Below, piece after piece: positions 27,542 through 39,830 of a stretch of 64,000 bases of DNA. Both the position numbers and the translations under genes were made by a program. The number at the start of each line of letters is the position of its first letter. Position 1 is the first letter of the stretch. The stretch lies in the NCBI GenBank assembly GCA_026025075.1, contig JAPEUI010000044.1, forward strand, positions 1-64,000. The letters are read 5' to 3'. The notes beneath the pieces are model-generated. The model ran no database searches. It saw only the letters and a program-made list of their open reading frames with translations, and was not told the origin of the DNA. Source of the DNA: Vezdaea acicularis. Taxonomy: Eukaryota.

Positions 27542-30500
27542 ATGGATCGATCTACGGCTGGCGAGAGCCGTCACCCCACCCCGGGAAGCTTCCATGATGG
27601 CAATCCCAACGGGACACCGCCACCGCAGAATAATAGCGAGCTGCAAACTTCGCAGTACGAGCACCTCAACTCTCCCCACGACTGTGATCCATCATCGGCC
27701 TCTTCTTCGCCGCACTGCCTGACTCCATCGTCCACCGACTCATCGATCTCCGCCATTCCTTCGCAAGATACCATCACGTCGTTGCTGGAGAGCTCCACCC
27801 TCGGAAAGCAGCCATCTCCGAAGAAGTCACCCCGCTCGAAAATATCACCCTCGCACTCTCGCACTTTGAGCTGTACATCAATTGCCCTCGACACAACGAC
27901 TACCTTTGAAACTGTCCGCGCAGTCCAACCGTCGGAGCATCCGAAAGCCGTTGGAACGCTCTCGCGGCTTTTGGGAGTGTCTTCACTAGCCATGTCGGCC
28001 CATCACGATACCGCGGCCGATCTACTGCGGCAGGCATTGCAAAAGTACGTCAACCAGCGATGAGCCCACTACACTCCTTCCTTCTCCTCCTCCCCACCTT
28101 TTTCACGCTGCTTCTCGCAGCATATCGTTGCACCAAAGACCGCGAGCTAGCCTCTCAGCTTCGGGCTGGAGGGCGTCGCCGCATTTGAGACTTTCACGTG
28201 CCACTGCGCCACAAATTGCCCAGGCCCTCCAGGGTTTCGCAACCCCACCCTCGGATCACATATCGTCAACAGATTGCTCCCTAGGATATATGCTGACATA
28301 TAGTCTTCTAATAGTCGTCCGGATGATGATCATCAGGACCATATTCTTCCAACTGGCTCAACGCCAGGCTCGGGTATCGTCACACCTCAACCAGACCCGT
28401 CCGACAAACGGACACCGGGCATAATGCATAGTTATTTTGGACAGGTTCGTGCAAGCTTTAGTACCGGCCCCGATATCTCGGGTTCTACTGCCCTTGTTAC
28501 CCCTTCAATCGATTTCAACATCGAGTCCGAACCTCCTCTTCACCGTCGTGAAGTGATGGACCCAAGTGCGTGTCGCCTGCTCGACGGGAAATCTTCTCAG
28601 GAGGAATCTCGTCGGGAAGAGCCTCGAGCACTACCTACCCCTCCTGATTCTTCAAATTCGTCGCTGCACAACCCTAGCAAGGGTGAGGACACCGACGTCG
28701 ACGACGTGTCTCTAGCTGCCCCTCGCTCAACCCCTCTCGAGCAGAAGGGACCGAGCACAACGTTGGCCAGTGGCACGTCGTCGAGCGTTCGGAGGCACAC
28801 ATCTGCTTTGTTACCTACCATCACTCCCAACTTTCTTACTTCTTCACCCCAAACTTGCGATTTCTTCAAGCCTACAAGCACAGGTCATCCTTCGACCAAC
28901 CCTTCTACCCCTGCCAAAGCTACTGAACCTGCTTCTGGCTGTTTCTCGACTTCTACATCCAATGCTAGTCTCAAGAAGCTAACTGAAAGCGTGGTGAATT
29001 CACCACGTATCAAGAGTACCCCACCTCAGACACCTCGATCACTTTCAAACGATGGCTTTGGTTCGGAGAAACATGGCCCGGCGCCAACATCAATTCCTGG
29101 GATTTGTCTTGAGGTCGACCCTTCTGCGAAAGAAAGCGATCGAGCGGACTCTAATTGCACAGATAGAGGCACACCTCTAGCCACTCAGCCTGGCCCAGTC
29201 GGTCCGCCAAAGGGGAAGCTAGCTGTGTTCATCTCAGAAGCGAGGGGCTTAAAGCCTAGCCACGACCCTTATGTGGTTTGCATCTTCGAACTCAATGAAT
29301 ATATATCGAAAGGGCCTCAGACTCGAGGCTCGGATTCAGATCACAAGGGCGATGGGAAGCATCACACGCCACGCGCGAAGATGATGCGGATAGACAGCGA
29401 CCTGGGAAAAGCCATGGCAATCCCATCAAAAAGCCGACAGAACAGTAGCACAAGCTTGGCGAACCATACGGTTCCATCAGGCCTAAGCGACTTCAAGGAC
29501 TCTCGACTCACAACGGATCCTGTCTGGGATCATGAAGCAATCTTCGATGTTACGGGAGAGAATTCTGAAATAGATGTCTCGATTTATGATCGGTCGAACC
29601 AAGAAGCATTCCTCGGGCACGTCAGACTATCGCCGACCTTGTCTGAGGGGCAATCCGATGTGAATGGTTGGTTCAAGCTTGAGCCACGCGGTGAAGGCGA
29701 AGAAGCAGTATCTGGCGAGATACATCTAGAGATGAACTTTCAGAAGACTGACAAGAAGCATTACGGTCCTGAAGACTTCAAAATCCTAAAATTGATCGGG
29801 AAAGGTAATCATCTGCGTCTCAGGCTCGTCGATTGATTACTAATTGAATGCGATGCAGGCACGTTCGGACAGGTCTACCAAGTTCGGAAGAAGGATACGG
29901 AACGTATCTATGCGATGAAAGTTCTTTCCAAGAAAGTCATTGTTCAAAAGAAAGAAATCGCTCACACTGTCGGTGAACGTAACATCCTCGTGCGAACAGC
30001 TATGACCGATTCGCCATTTATTGTTGGCTTGAAGTTCTCGTTCCAAACACCAACCGACCTGTATCTAGTCACAGACTACATGTCAGGTGGAGAACTGTTT
30101 TGGCATTTACAAAAGGAAGGTCGGTTTGATGAAAAGCGCGCGAAGTTCTATATTGCAGAACTTATCCTCGCGCTACAACATCTACATCAACACGACATTG
30201 TTTACCGAGATCTAAAGCCAGAGAATATCTTACTCGATGCTAATGGACATATTGCCCTTTGTGATTTCGGTCTTTCTAAAGCAAACCTTACTAAAAACGA
30301 TACTACCAATACATTCTGCGGAACGACCGAATACCTTGCACCGGAAGTGCTCTTGGATGAACAAGGCTATACGAAGATGGTCGATTTCTGGTCGCTGGGG
30401 GTTTTAGTATTTGAAATGTGTTGTGGATGGAGTCCTTTTTATGCCGAAGATACCCAGCAGATGTACAAGAATATTGCATTTGGAAAAGTTCGTTTCCCAC

Positions 30501-31069
30501 GAGACGCCCTCAGTACCGAAGGTCGCAACTTCGTAAAAGGCCTTCTTAATCGTAATCCGAAGCATCGTCTCGGTGCGAATACAGATGCGGAAGAGCTTAA
30601 AGAGCATCCATTCTTCGATGATATCGATTGGGATATGCTGATGAGGAAGAACGTTGTGCCGCCTTTCAAACCGTTGCTCAAATCGCCCTCTGATACCTCA
30701 AACTTCGATCCTGAGTTCACAAATGCCCTCAACGGCAACAACTCTCTCAACGCGCGAGCAGCCGCTCTTGCAAATGGCGCGATGCCAGCTTCAACACCAC
30801 TGTCCCCCGGAATGCAAGCAAATTTCAAGGGTTTCACCTTCGTTGATGAAAGCACGATGGACGAGCAATTCGGGGGCCGTGGCAGTGACGAACGAGATAG
30901 TGATGAAGACGCAATGGACGAAGACCGAAATGACGACGACGACGACGATGACGAATTGTCACCCACCGTCGGCGCAAGAGGCGGAAAAGGCGACCGTATG
31001 AGCGGCATCGTCAAGACCGGCGCACAATCTGAAGATAGTGTCTTCAGCCATCAGAACTTTGACTTTTGA
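27542..31069 (+). CDS. SCH9: AGC Ser/Thr kinase Sch9/SchA with C2 domain, 3 exons (alternative start at 27992)
   Basis: C2 domain (GKLAVFISEARGL...IYDRSNQEAFLG), GKG/TFGQV, YRDLKPEN, DFG, TNTFCGTTEYLAPE, hydrophobic motif FKGFTF. Introns 28045-28314 and ~29805-29858. Confidence 0.93.
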
Positions 31070-31504
31070 ACATACCACCATTTTCTCGTTTATATAATGC
31101 AAATTGAGGTTTCCTTGGCATTTTGCTGGCGGCGCTCGCTGTGCATTTTCCCCATTGGCGTTTTCATCTCTCGGGCTTTCCTACATCGCCTTATATTCCC
31201 CTTTCACATTACCATTCTCCTTTCCTCATGAAGTAATTCCTTCTGTCAGGTCTTTTCTGTTTCACGAATGGCACGTAACGATGAATTTCAGCCTTACAAC
31301 TCCGACGGCTCTCTATGCGTTACGTGGACATCCGATGGACGATTCCCTTCCTGGCCAGCACGCTCTAAGTTGCAATAGTACTACTACGACAAGGCTTCCA
31401 GTGCTGGGGAAGTTGGCTCGCACCTCTTTTCTGCATTTTGCCCTTCGAGAAGACTTTTACGGCCCTGATTCGACGTTGTCAGTCGCATTCCGGTTTGGCG
31501 GCTT

Positions 31505-31544
31505 GGATGGACGGATGGATGGATGATGGAACGGGATGGAGTGG
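31505..31544. repeat. Imperfect (GGAT)n microsatellite
   Basis: ggatggacggatggatggatgatggaacgggatggagtgg. Confidence 0.7.
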
Positions 31545-32403
31545 CTTGGCTCTTATGAATGCGCTGCAATCTACAACCTATGGGTGTAGTGAAGCACTGC
31601 CGGGGGAGGCGGAATTGCTAGTGTACGTAGTCAGATGTTAGGAGAGTTAACAGCCCATCTTTGGATGGGGGCTACCCGAAAGCTCTCGCAAATATGTCAC
31701 CGGGCCCCTTTTGATCGACCCACCTCCATCGTGAAGGCCCTCCATCTTGTATGATCAGCGAGCGGAGAGGTATCTCATATTATGAAGTGTCATGACCGAA
31801 TAGCGGACGGGCATGCATACAATGCAACTAAGAGACCCCTCATTCTCTTTCCTGATCGCCATCACCAGCGTGTGTACTCTGGAAATGAGATTGACGTTTG
31901 CCACATCTTTCCAATCAACATCAACGCTGCTGACTCAGGATCTATGTTGACTACTTGGTTTCGCCCTCGGAATTGCCACATCCTCATACTTACAGCTAAA
32001 CTTACACGTTTTCTTCTTTATAGATGTCTTTACGCTACAATTGCACCATATTTCAGGCAGGAGAACGGACTATGCAATGGTATTACGCTCTCATACTCTG
32101 AGGGTGAAGGGGAAGGGATTCTTGGTTTCTTGTGCATTTTTCATTGTTAAACGTTGTCTGTTGTATCCAATCAATATTCAAGGAAAATCTGTTCTATGTC
32201 ATGGCAGATAAACATCTGATCTCATGCACCACCTTCCGTTTTGAAACGTAAACAATGCAGAGCATTCGCAATTTGCCCAATCGGGAGTTAGGTCAACAAG
32301 CGAGAAACCTAATCCTGCGAAAGGAAGATTAAGCTTAACTCCCCGACACCCTCTCCCTCTCACCAACAACGCGGATCGCTCCTTGATTCAACAGCTCCCA
32401 ACG

Positions 32404-33578
32404 ATGATTTTGAGGATACGCGCTGCCCCGTTATGGGTGCTGCTGCTCTCCATCTCTGCGCTCTTCACATTGGCCCGCGCCTCTGTCGGTGACCGGCTTC
32501 CCGAGTTCCGCGAATGCGTTGATGTATGCTTTCCTCTCCCCCCCTTGATCTCCTCCCATTACGGATGTTGATGCGGTGCGAGTAGACATGTATAGAGGTC
32601 AACTGCGGGCCGAAGAACCCCACTCCCCTTGGTATGTACACTTCCTCCCATCTGTCCCTCTTAATCTCTAACTAACAACCCCTCCCAGCCCTCCACCTCC
32701 GCCTCCTCCTCTGGACCTGCCCCTCCGAATGCGACTACACCTGCCAACACCTAACCACGACGCACCGCCTATCCCTGTCCCCACCTCTTCCCCAGCCCGT
32801 CGTGCAATACCACGGCAAATGGCCCTTCATCCGCTTCCTCGGCGCCCAAGAACCGCTCTCCGTCCTCTTCTCCCTCCTCAACCTCCTAGCGCACCTCTCC
32901 GGCCTCCAGCGCATCCGCCGCGAAATCCCCACCTCCTACCCCCTCAAACCATACTACCTCTGGTTCGGCTACTTCGGCGTCCTGAGCTGGACCTGCTCCG
33001 CTATCTTCCACACCCGCGACTTCCCCGCTACCGAAACCGCCGATTACCTCGCCGCGGGCGCTAGCGTGCTGTATGGGTTCTACTTCGCACCTCTGCGCGT
33101 CTTCCGCCTCATCGACACCTCTTCCCCCTCCTCTTTCTCCACGCCCCCCTCCACCACCCCACTCATCCGCGCCTGGACAACCCTCACCACCCTCCTCTTC
33201 CTCGCACACACCTCCTACCTCCTGCTCTGGCACTGGGACTACACCTACAACATGGCCTTCAACGTCGCCCTCGGCCTGCTCACCAACCTGCAATGGACCT
33301 ACTTCAGCATCACCCACTACGCCCGCACCCACCGCCTCTGGGCCGCCTGGCCCGGCCTCATCGTCGCCTGGGTCCTCTGCGCCATGAGTTTCGAACTGCT
33401 CGATTTTCCCCCCGTGGGCCTTGATCTGGGACTTTGGGCACGCCGCAATGTTAATGGCGGTTGGTTGGATGCCCATGCTCTCTGGCATGCGGGTACCGTG
33501 GCTCCGACGTTTTGGTGGTATAGCTTTTTGGTCAGGGACGCGTTGGAGGATTTGAGGGGGCAGAGGCTGAAGGCGTGA
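32404..33578 (+). CDS. PER1: GPI remodelling protein Per1 (PGAP3), 3 exons
   Basis: Signal peptide then ASVGDRLPEFRECV, LLWTCPSECDYTCQH, QYHGKWPF, QEPLSVLFS, FHTRD, ELLDFPP, DAHALWH. Confidence 0.93.
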
Positions 33579-33928
33579 GGGGTCGTGTGGGGGAAAGGAA
33601 GGTTGAGAGTGGGGAATGGGCGGCTTGTTTGGTTGCGCATGATATTTTCTAGGATACTACGGCGGCGTTATTCGAATAGGACGAGCTTCAGTCATGGCAG
33701 ATGAGACATGGGGGGGGATATATGGCTTGCTCGCATTCAACGCAATAGTCTCTCCTCATGAGTCAGCGCACGACGAAAGGCATTGCGCTAGTTGAGAGCG
33801 CCACCCACCCACAGATCCAGCGACCTGCCCCTCTCAAGGCGTATGCCCATCCAAGCAGTCCCTCCCCCCCAGCTGAAAATGGAATCAAATGCAAGACTTT
33901 TGATGCAGACCCGCTGATACGCAAGCGC

Positions 33929-35873
33929 CTATACCCTAGCTCCACCAAGGTGCTTCACGATGTCCGCGACCTTATGCGCCAGCTCCTCAGCCTCAGTCCT
34001 AGTCGCCGCCTCGGCATAAACCCTGACGGCGTCCTCGGTCCCACTAGCTCGCGCAAAGCTTCTTCCGGCCTTATACTTGCCAACGACGGCATCGATCTTG
34101 TCCTGTGCGCCTTTCGGCTCGAGCAGCTTGCGCTCGGCATCTGTGGTCTTGAAGATATTCCGGTCGGGGACCTCGATGCGGACGAGGCGGTTGGGGAGGT
34201 CGGTGTAGGTGAGACTCCAATCCTTGGGACCCCAGGATTTGTGGGCGAGGATGACTTCGACGAGGAGGAGATCCGAGAGCGCGTCGCCGACGGCCTGGTT
34301 GATCAGGTCGGTCAGCGCGCGAAGCGTTTCCAGGGCGTTGTGCTGCGCGGGACTCTGTGGCTGGTGCTTGCCTAATGCTTTCAGGGCTTTTGCGGAGAAG
34401 ATTACCGTTCCGTGCCCGTTTGCCTCGAAGTAGACGCCAATGTCAAAGCGTGTGGCGGCGTGGTGGAGGTGCTTCACTCCTGTTGCCGTGCAGACCACGT
34501 CCAGGCCGAGGCTCTTTGTGATATACTCCGTGCTGGCGCCGTTGGCGTAGGCGGTTTGTACGACGCCGATTTTTAGCTTTTCGGACAGGCCGGCTGTGCG
34601 GGCAAGGTCGCCGAGGAATGAGGCAGCGAGCGTGGCAATTTTGTCCCCGTCTAGCAGGTTGAAGTGGTCGTCGGTGAAATAGTAGACGATTCGGTCGGCG
34701 TCACCGTCCAGAGAGGCACACCGGACGAAGGGCTGGGCGTGTGAGCTTGGAGGTGGTTGTTGGCGGGTTTTCACGAAATCGGCGCCACACTGTAGGTGTC
34801 AATGCATGCACGAAACCAGGGTAAGGGTTGGGATCAGAGCATACCTGGTGATTCAAGGACTCTGGTCGGATGACGTCGTCGTTCACGACTTTGATATCTA
34901 CGCCTCCGTCTTCAGCTTTCGGCAGATATTTGATCAGCTCGTTGAGTTTGGGCCCTCCAACGCCGTTTGCGCAATCCACAATAACACGCCCCTTTGTTGT
35001 TCGGCCCTTCATAGCTCTCACGTACGCGGCAGCAAGCTTCTCATAGTAGCCCTTCTCACTGACTTCTCCGTATTCTAAATCTGTGCCTTTCGTGTTGGTG
35101 CAACGAACAAGGTAATGTAGCTGAGGGGTTGTGAGGATCTTATAGTCGATATATTCAGCGCCCGCGGCCTCTAGTCCGTCGATCAATGCTTTGACCAGAC
35201 CTGGGCCTGACGCACGAGTGTCTCGAGCAAGTATCACACGTGCTACGTTTTTGGGATTGACTTTGAGCATTGTCTCGAGTGTAGCATGGGCTTCAGCGTT
35301 GATGTCTTCTGTAGGTGCGTTGGCGAGTTGTGTGGCATGAACCTCCCAGCTTGCCTATTGTAGGAGTCGTCAATTGGGGAGTACTCTTCAGGGAGTATAA
35401 TGCAGTATGTACCTCAAGCATATCACCCTAAAGCAGGCGGGACTTGAAATTAGCCAAGAGCTCTTCCACGGCGTATTGAATGTTCTGTAGCCTCACCATT
35501 GGATCTACAAGCTTCACACCATTGTCCTCTGGAGGATTATGACTCGCCGTGATCATTACTCCGATTGTCTGGCCCCCAAGCTTTCGTGATCTCATCGCAG
35601 CGAGCAAGCCGACCCGAAAGACAACAGAGTCGAGAACATTGCTGTGAAGCGAACCCTCATCAGCGCAAAGCTCCAGACGACCTTTACATTTGCCCATGAG
35701 ACGTTCTAGGATAATGCGTACGCTTTCATCCGGAACTATTGTTTCAATCTCAGTAATGAGCTCCAAGAATTCGGTGTTCTAGTGCTTACCCCTGCAGTAC
35801 CATACTGGTAGAGTTGCTTCTCTGGCTTAGGATGCTTGAGAGAAGCCTCGAGGATCTTGTCGTGGGAAGTCAT
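33929..35873 (-). CDS. PCM1: Phosphoacetylglucosamine mutase (Pcm1/Agm1), multi-exon
   Basis: [55 protein letters not shown]. Confidence 0.95.
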
Positions 35874-36433
35874 GATGTTTGGTGTGTGTATGAACTGATT
35901 TAAAAACAAATGTGATGGGTGCAAAGATTCAGTCTAGCATGGAAGTGACCATGAGAGGAGCATGGATGGCCGCTGAAGCCCGACATTGGAATGAAGTTTC
36001 ATTTCCACTGTAAGGCTAAGGCTGACCACCCCCACCAAATCGTGGCTTCGCTAGCGTCCCCTTGTCTCGAATCTCCGACGAATCAGCGGGAGTCGCTCCG
36101 TCCCTGACTTTTATGCAATGCAGGTCATGTCTACGAATATTGGGAGCAGGAGCTCAAAGCACAAGTGGAGAGAACGAGCAATTGCAAATCAAACAATTAC
36201 TTTTCTATTGATATCTAGAGGCGCGGCGTCTGCCAGCCAAAATTTAAATGTATCGCGCATCACCAAGTGAAAAACGCTCAAGCTCTTTGCTTCTCTCGGA
36301 ATCTAAAATACCAGTGGTCGCCAGCCAATGCCCATTTATACCACTTAGCCGTCTGAGGGTTACTGCTCATGCTTATTGCTGCTCCCAGAAGTCCAAGATA
36401 CTAGTAGTCGCCTCGCCATGCCTAAATGCAGCC

Positions 36434-38758
36434 CTAATCATTAAAGGGGAATTGCTCGTCCTCATCGTCATACGCGACAGAGTCATCATATGCACCCAAA
36501 TCGTCATATCCCTCGTCTGGATCACCAATACTGCCCTCGGCCAATGTGTCCAAATCAGCCACGCTATCTCCAGCCACACTTACGTCGGCCACACTCCCTC
36601 CAGCGACCACCCCAGCTCCAGTAGTAGTTCTGGCTGGACCATCTCCTGCTACACTCCCTTCTCCACGCGTACTCCCACTCACACTTGACTCTCCATCACC
36701 GGATTCACTCTCTCCGCTTCCTCTTTCTACCCCCTGCTTCGTTCCTAAGAGTTTATCGATCATATCGTAATTGATCCTCGTTGAGAACCCTCTCTTCTTC
36801 AACATCATTTTGACTGCCTCCTGCGGCGTTCTGGCTCCACTAGTCCCTTCACCATCTTCACCAATACGTCCCTTTTTGGTACGCTTACGACGCTTGATGA
36901 CGCGCCCAGTTCCACGCTTCTCATCCAATTCTTTGCGGAGCAGCTTCGCCTGCTGCGCCAAGAGGTAGTCTGCATTCTCAGTAACCCAGATGCGCTCCTT
37001 AATGTCAGCTTCTTCCTCAGTAAGCAGGCAGTTTTGCACTTCAGGGTCATCAGCAAACTCATGGTCGCTAATCTCGGGCATGGTTGGGATAGTTGAGGGT
37101 GCTTGATGTGTGGCGAGAAGTTGGTTAGCTAGTTCTAGCGAGCGGTTGAAAGCAGCAGTATGCTCGCTCGTGGAGGTCATATTGATGTTCGAAGAGGTAT
37201 AGGCCGCCGCGGCCTCAGAACGCGCAGGCGGGTGGACAATTGAAGTGACTTGTGGAGATTGCATGATTTCCGTAATCTCCGTATGGAGTTGTTGTTCATC
37301 AGCAATTTCATCTGGACTGAGGCCCGGAGCTGGTGCGCGGACAGACCCGTCTTTGCGAGGACGACCTCGTGCACGTTTCGCAGGTGGCTCTTCGGTTGAT
37401 GAAGAGGCGGAAGACAGGTCAGATAGGGCTGTGTTTGAGGCAGCTAGGAGCTGAGGGTCAATAGGTGGGTCGGCGTGAGAAGGAGGGTTAGGAATAGCAA
37501 AGCCGTCACTGTCGACTCGATTGCGGAGAGTGGATGTGGAAGGACCCGCCCCGCTTTCCGGCAGCGCAGCTGATGGTTCACGAGAAGAAGCCGCGGAATC
37601 ATTGGCATCGTCCTCATCTTCTCCATCGAGACGAGAGCTTCGTTTACGTTTGTGGTTCTTCTTATCTCGAGGTTGGTAGAAGGATGGGGGATCGTGGAAA
37701 GTCTCGAGATCGATTGTTCTGAATTGATCGACGGTGAGATTGCTAGAAGGTGTGACTTTGAACTCTCCGAGACGTTTGTTAATGGTCAGCTCCGTGACTT
37801 TGACGACATATACCACTTCTGTGACCGAGCGACGAAAGTTGTTCATCCGAGCAGCGAGGATTATTGCAGCTCCACAGATACCTGCTGGGCGCCGTCCTTG
37901 CGTCATCCAATCCCGACCCATCCTTGACACCAATCGTATGGCATCGTTGGCAACCTTGTTCTCAAGCTCTCCGAATTGGAGTTGTTTCACGAAGCGGCCA
38001 ACCAAATTCTCTGGAATGACCGGATCAACGCCTTCGACAGGAGTTTCTTGAATCATGCGGGTATATGTTTGTCCAAGTTTGAAGACATTCTCATGTAACA
38101 AGTCCGAGAACTCAATGAGCATCCACCGACAGTCTTTCTCTCGGCGACAAGCAACGTAGAGACAGCAAGCTGCAACATTCCTGACTCGACGACCTTGAAC
38201 GAAATTCTTACATTCCTCTCCATTCTTAGCGTTCTCTCCACAAAGCCTATAGTAATTCAATGCAGCCGTGAGGACATGAGGCCGGGTAATCTTGAGCGCG
38301 GCGGCAATTTGATGGATAGCATTTCGTCCTAAGGGGGGAGATTAGCAAAGCCATAGGATACGAAGGTGATGATGATGCATACCTTTAGCAACAGAGCGCT
38401 CCTTCGAGTCCTGGCTCAATCCTAGATTTCGTGAGGCGACACCTATATTTGTTCTCGCATGGGTCTCATGGTTGCCGACGTAGCTTCCTTGCAGTACGGC
38501 AGCACCATTGGCAGCTTCGCCGAATTGAAGCTCGGATACGATGTTGACTTCGCTAGCTACCATACCACAGCTCACGCAGACCAGCTGGCCATCGTGCTGT
38601 TCTAGCTGCGAATCCGTGCATAACGAATTCGGACATGCCTTCGGCTTATTCGTTGCCTTTTTCGTTGGAGTTTTATTTTTTGCGTACTGGGGAGGTAGAG
38701 GGGTTATTCTGCCAGGGTGGGGCCGAGGCGTACGCCCCCGAGGAGCCACAGAAGTCAT
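36434..38758 (-). CDS. BRF1: TFIIIB subunit Brf1, 2 exons
   Basis: Zn ribbon CPNSLC...VCVSCG, NIVSELQFGE, NFVQGRR, GRRPAGICGAA, C-terminal KERIW..ENADYL and STRINYD. Intron ~38381-38329. Confidence 0.92.
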
Positions 38759-39830
38759 AATGTCTTTTCGAGCTGTTGCATAAGGAAGCAAGAGGATGCA
38801 AGGCAAGTAAATGTGGATGCTGAGACGGTCAAGGAATGCAATGTAGAGCGAGGTACCAAGCCGGTGATTTGAATGGTGAGAATCAGCTATTGTCAGTGAC
38901 ACGCGAGGGTGGTATTTTGGATGACGGGTGCGCGAGCCCTATTGTGGCGGGCAGCTTGGTACAAAGTGGGGCGCTTGAGCTTTTGGCACGTCCGCTTGAC
39001 TCATTCGCCAGCTTTCGGTGGGTTCAACGCGCACCAAATACGTATCTCCAACACAGGAACTCCTGGAGTAAAATTGAAGTCCATATTTATCGTCACTTTG
39101 CACGAATTCTAAAGCGTTGCGCAGCGCACATATCCATTGTTGGCAGTATCGTCCTCCTCTCAACGGTCTCTTGGGAACGAGCTGGTGGGCGGCACTAAGG
39201 AATGCCAAGAAGTGGCTTTGTCACGTGGCTGTGCCGTTGCCAATCTTGACTGTGCCGTACGAGGTAAGGGTCATTGGGGCTCATGAGACGAGCCGCGCTA
39301 CGAGTAGTCCGACATTCCTTTTTCTTGACGTTGTGGCAGCCCGGTCTCTCCTTCCTTTCTTTTTCCCACCTTCTGCGTGCAACCTTGCAGCCTTGCGCTC
39401 CCACCAATCCGAGCCCTGCGCGTTTTGTGCGTGAAAGGCGGTGACTCCGGCTCCGCGAGATCTTATCGCGGGTTGGACAGGGGTCGTGGCAAAATACGCA
39501 CATCTCGCGCAGCATCATAGATTGACGGCATCAGTGGAAGCTTCCAGCGGGGAGCTTTCACTGTGCTGACTGAAGCCTCTCTCTTCCGAACCAGCCTGTT
39601 CCCTCTTTTTCCAGGCGTTGCATATATCAACTCACTCATTTCCTGCTGTCCATTCACTTCTCTCGTCAGAGCGCCCTGCGAAACGTTTCGGGTGTCATGT
39701 TATTCGCGACACCTTGAGATTGCATCCAGGTGCACATTCCGATCCCCGCCTTTCTTGGTTGACCCGGCCGCGAGCTTGCTGCCTCCAGAGCATCGTCGCT
39801 CTATTTGAGCTGGGCGTGCCCTCACTTACG

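Noticed and set aside
32886..33488. 200-aa antisense ORF, and similar shadow ORFs over the cyclin, PCM1, Cu-ATPase and SCH9 genes
   Set aside because: These are explained by high GC3 or low-complexity coding on the opposite strand and have no recognisable motifs.
39000..39830. Ace1/AceA or Mac1 copper-response elements
   Set aside because: Only degenerate HTHNNGCTGD matches expected by chance, and no TTTGCTC site.
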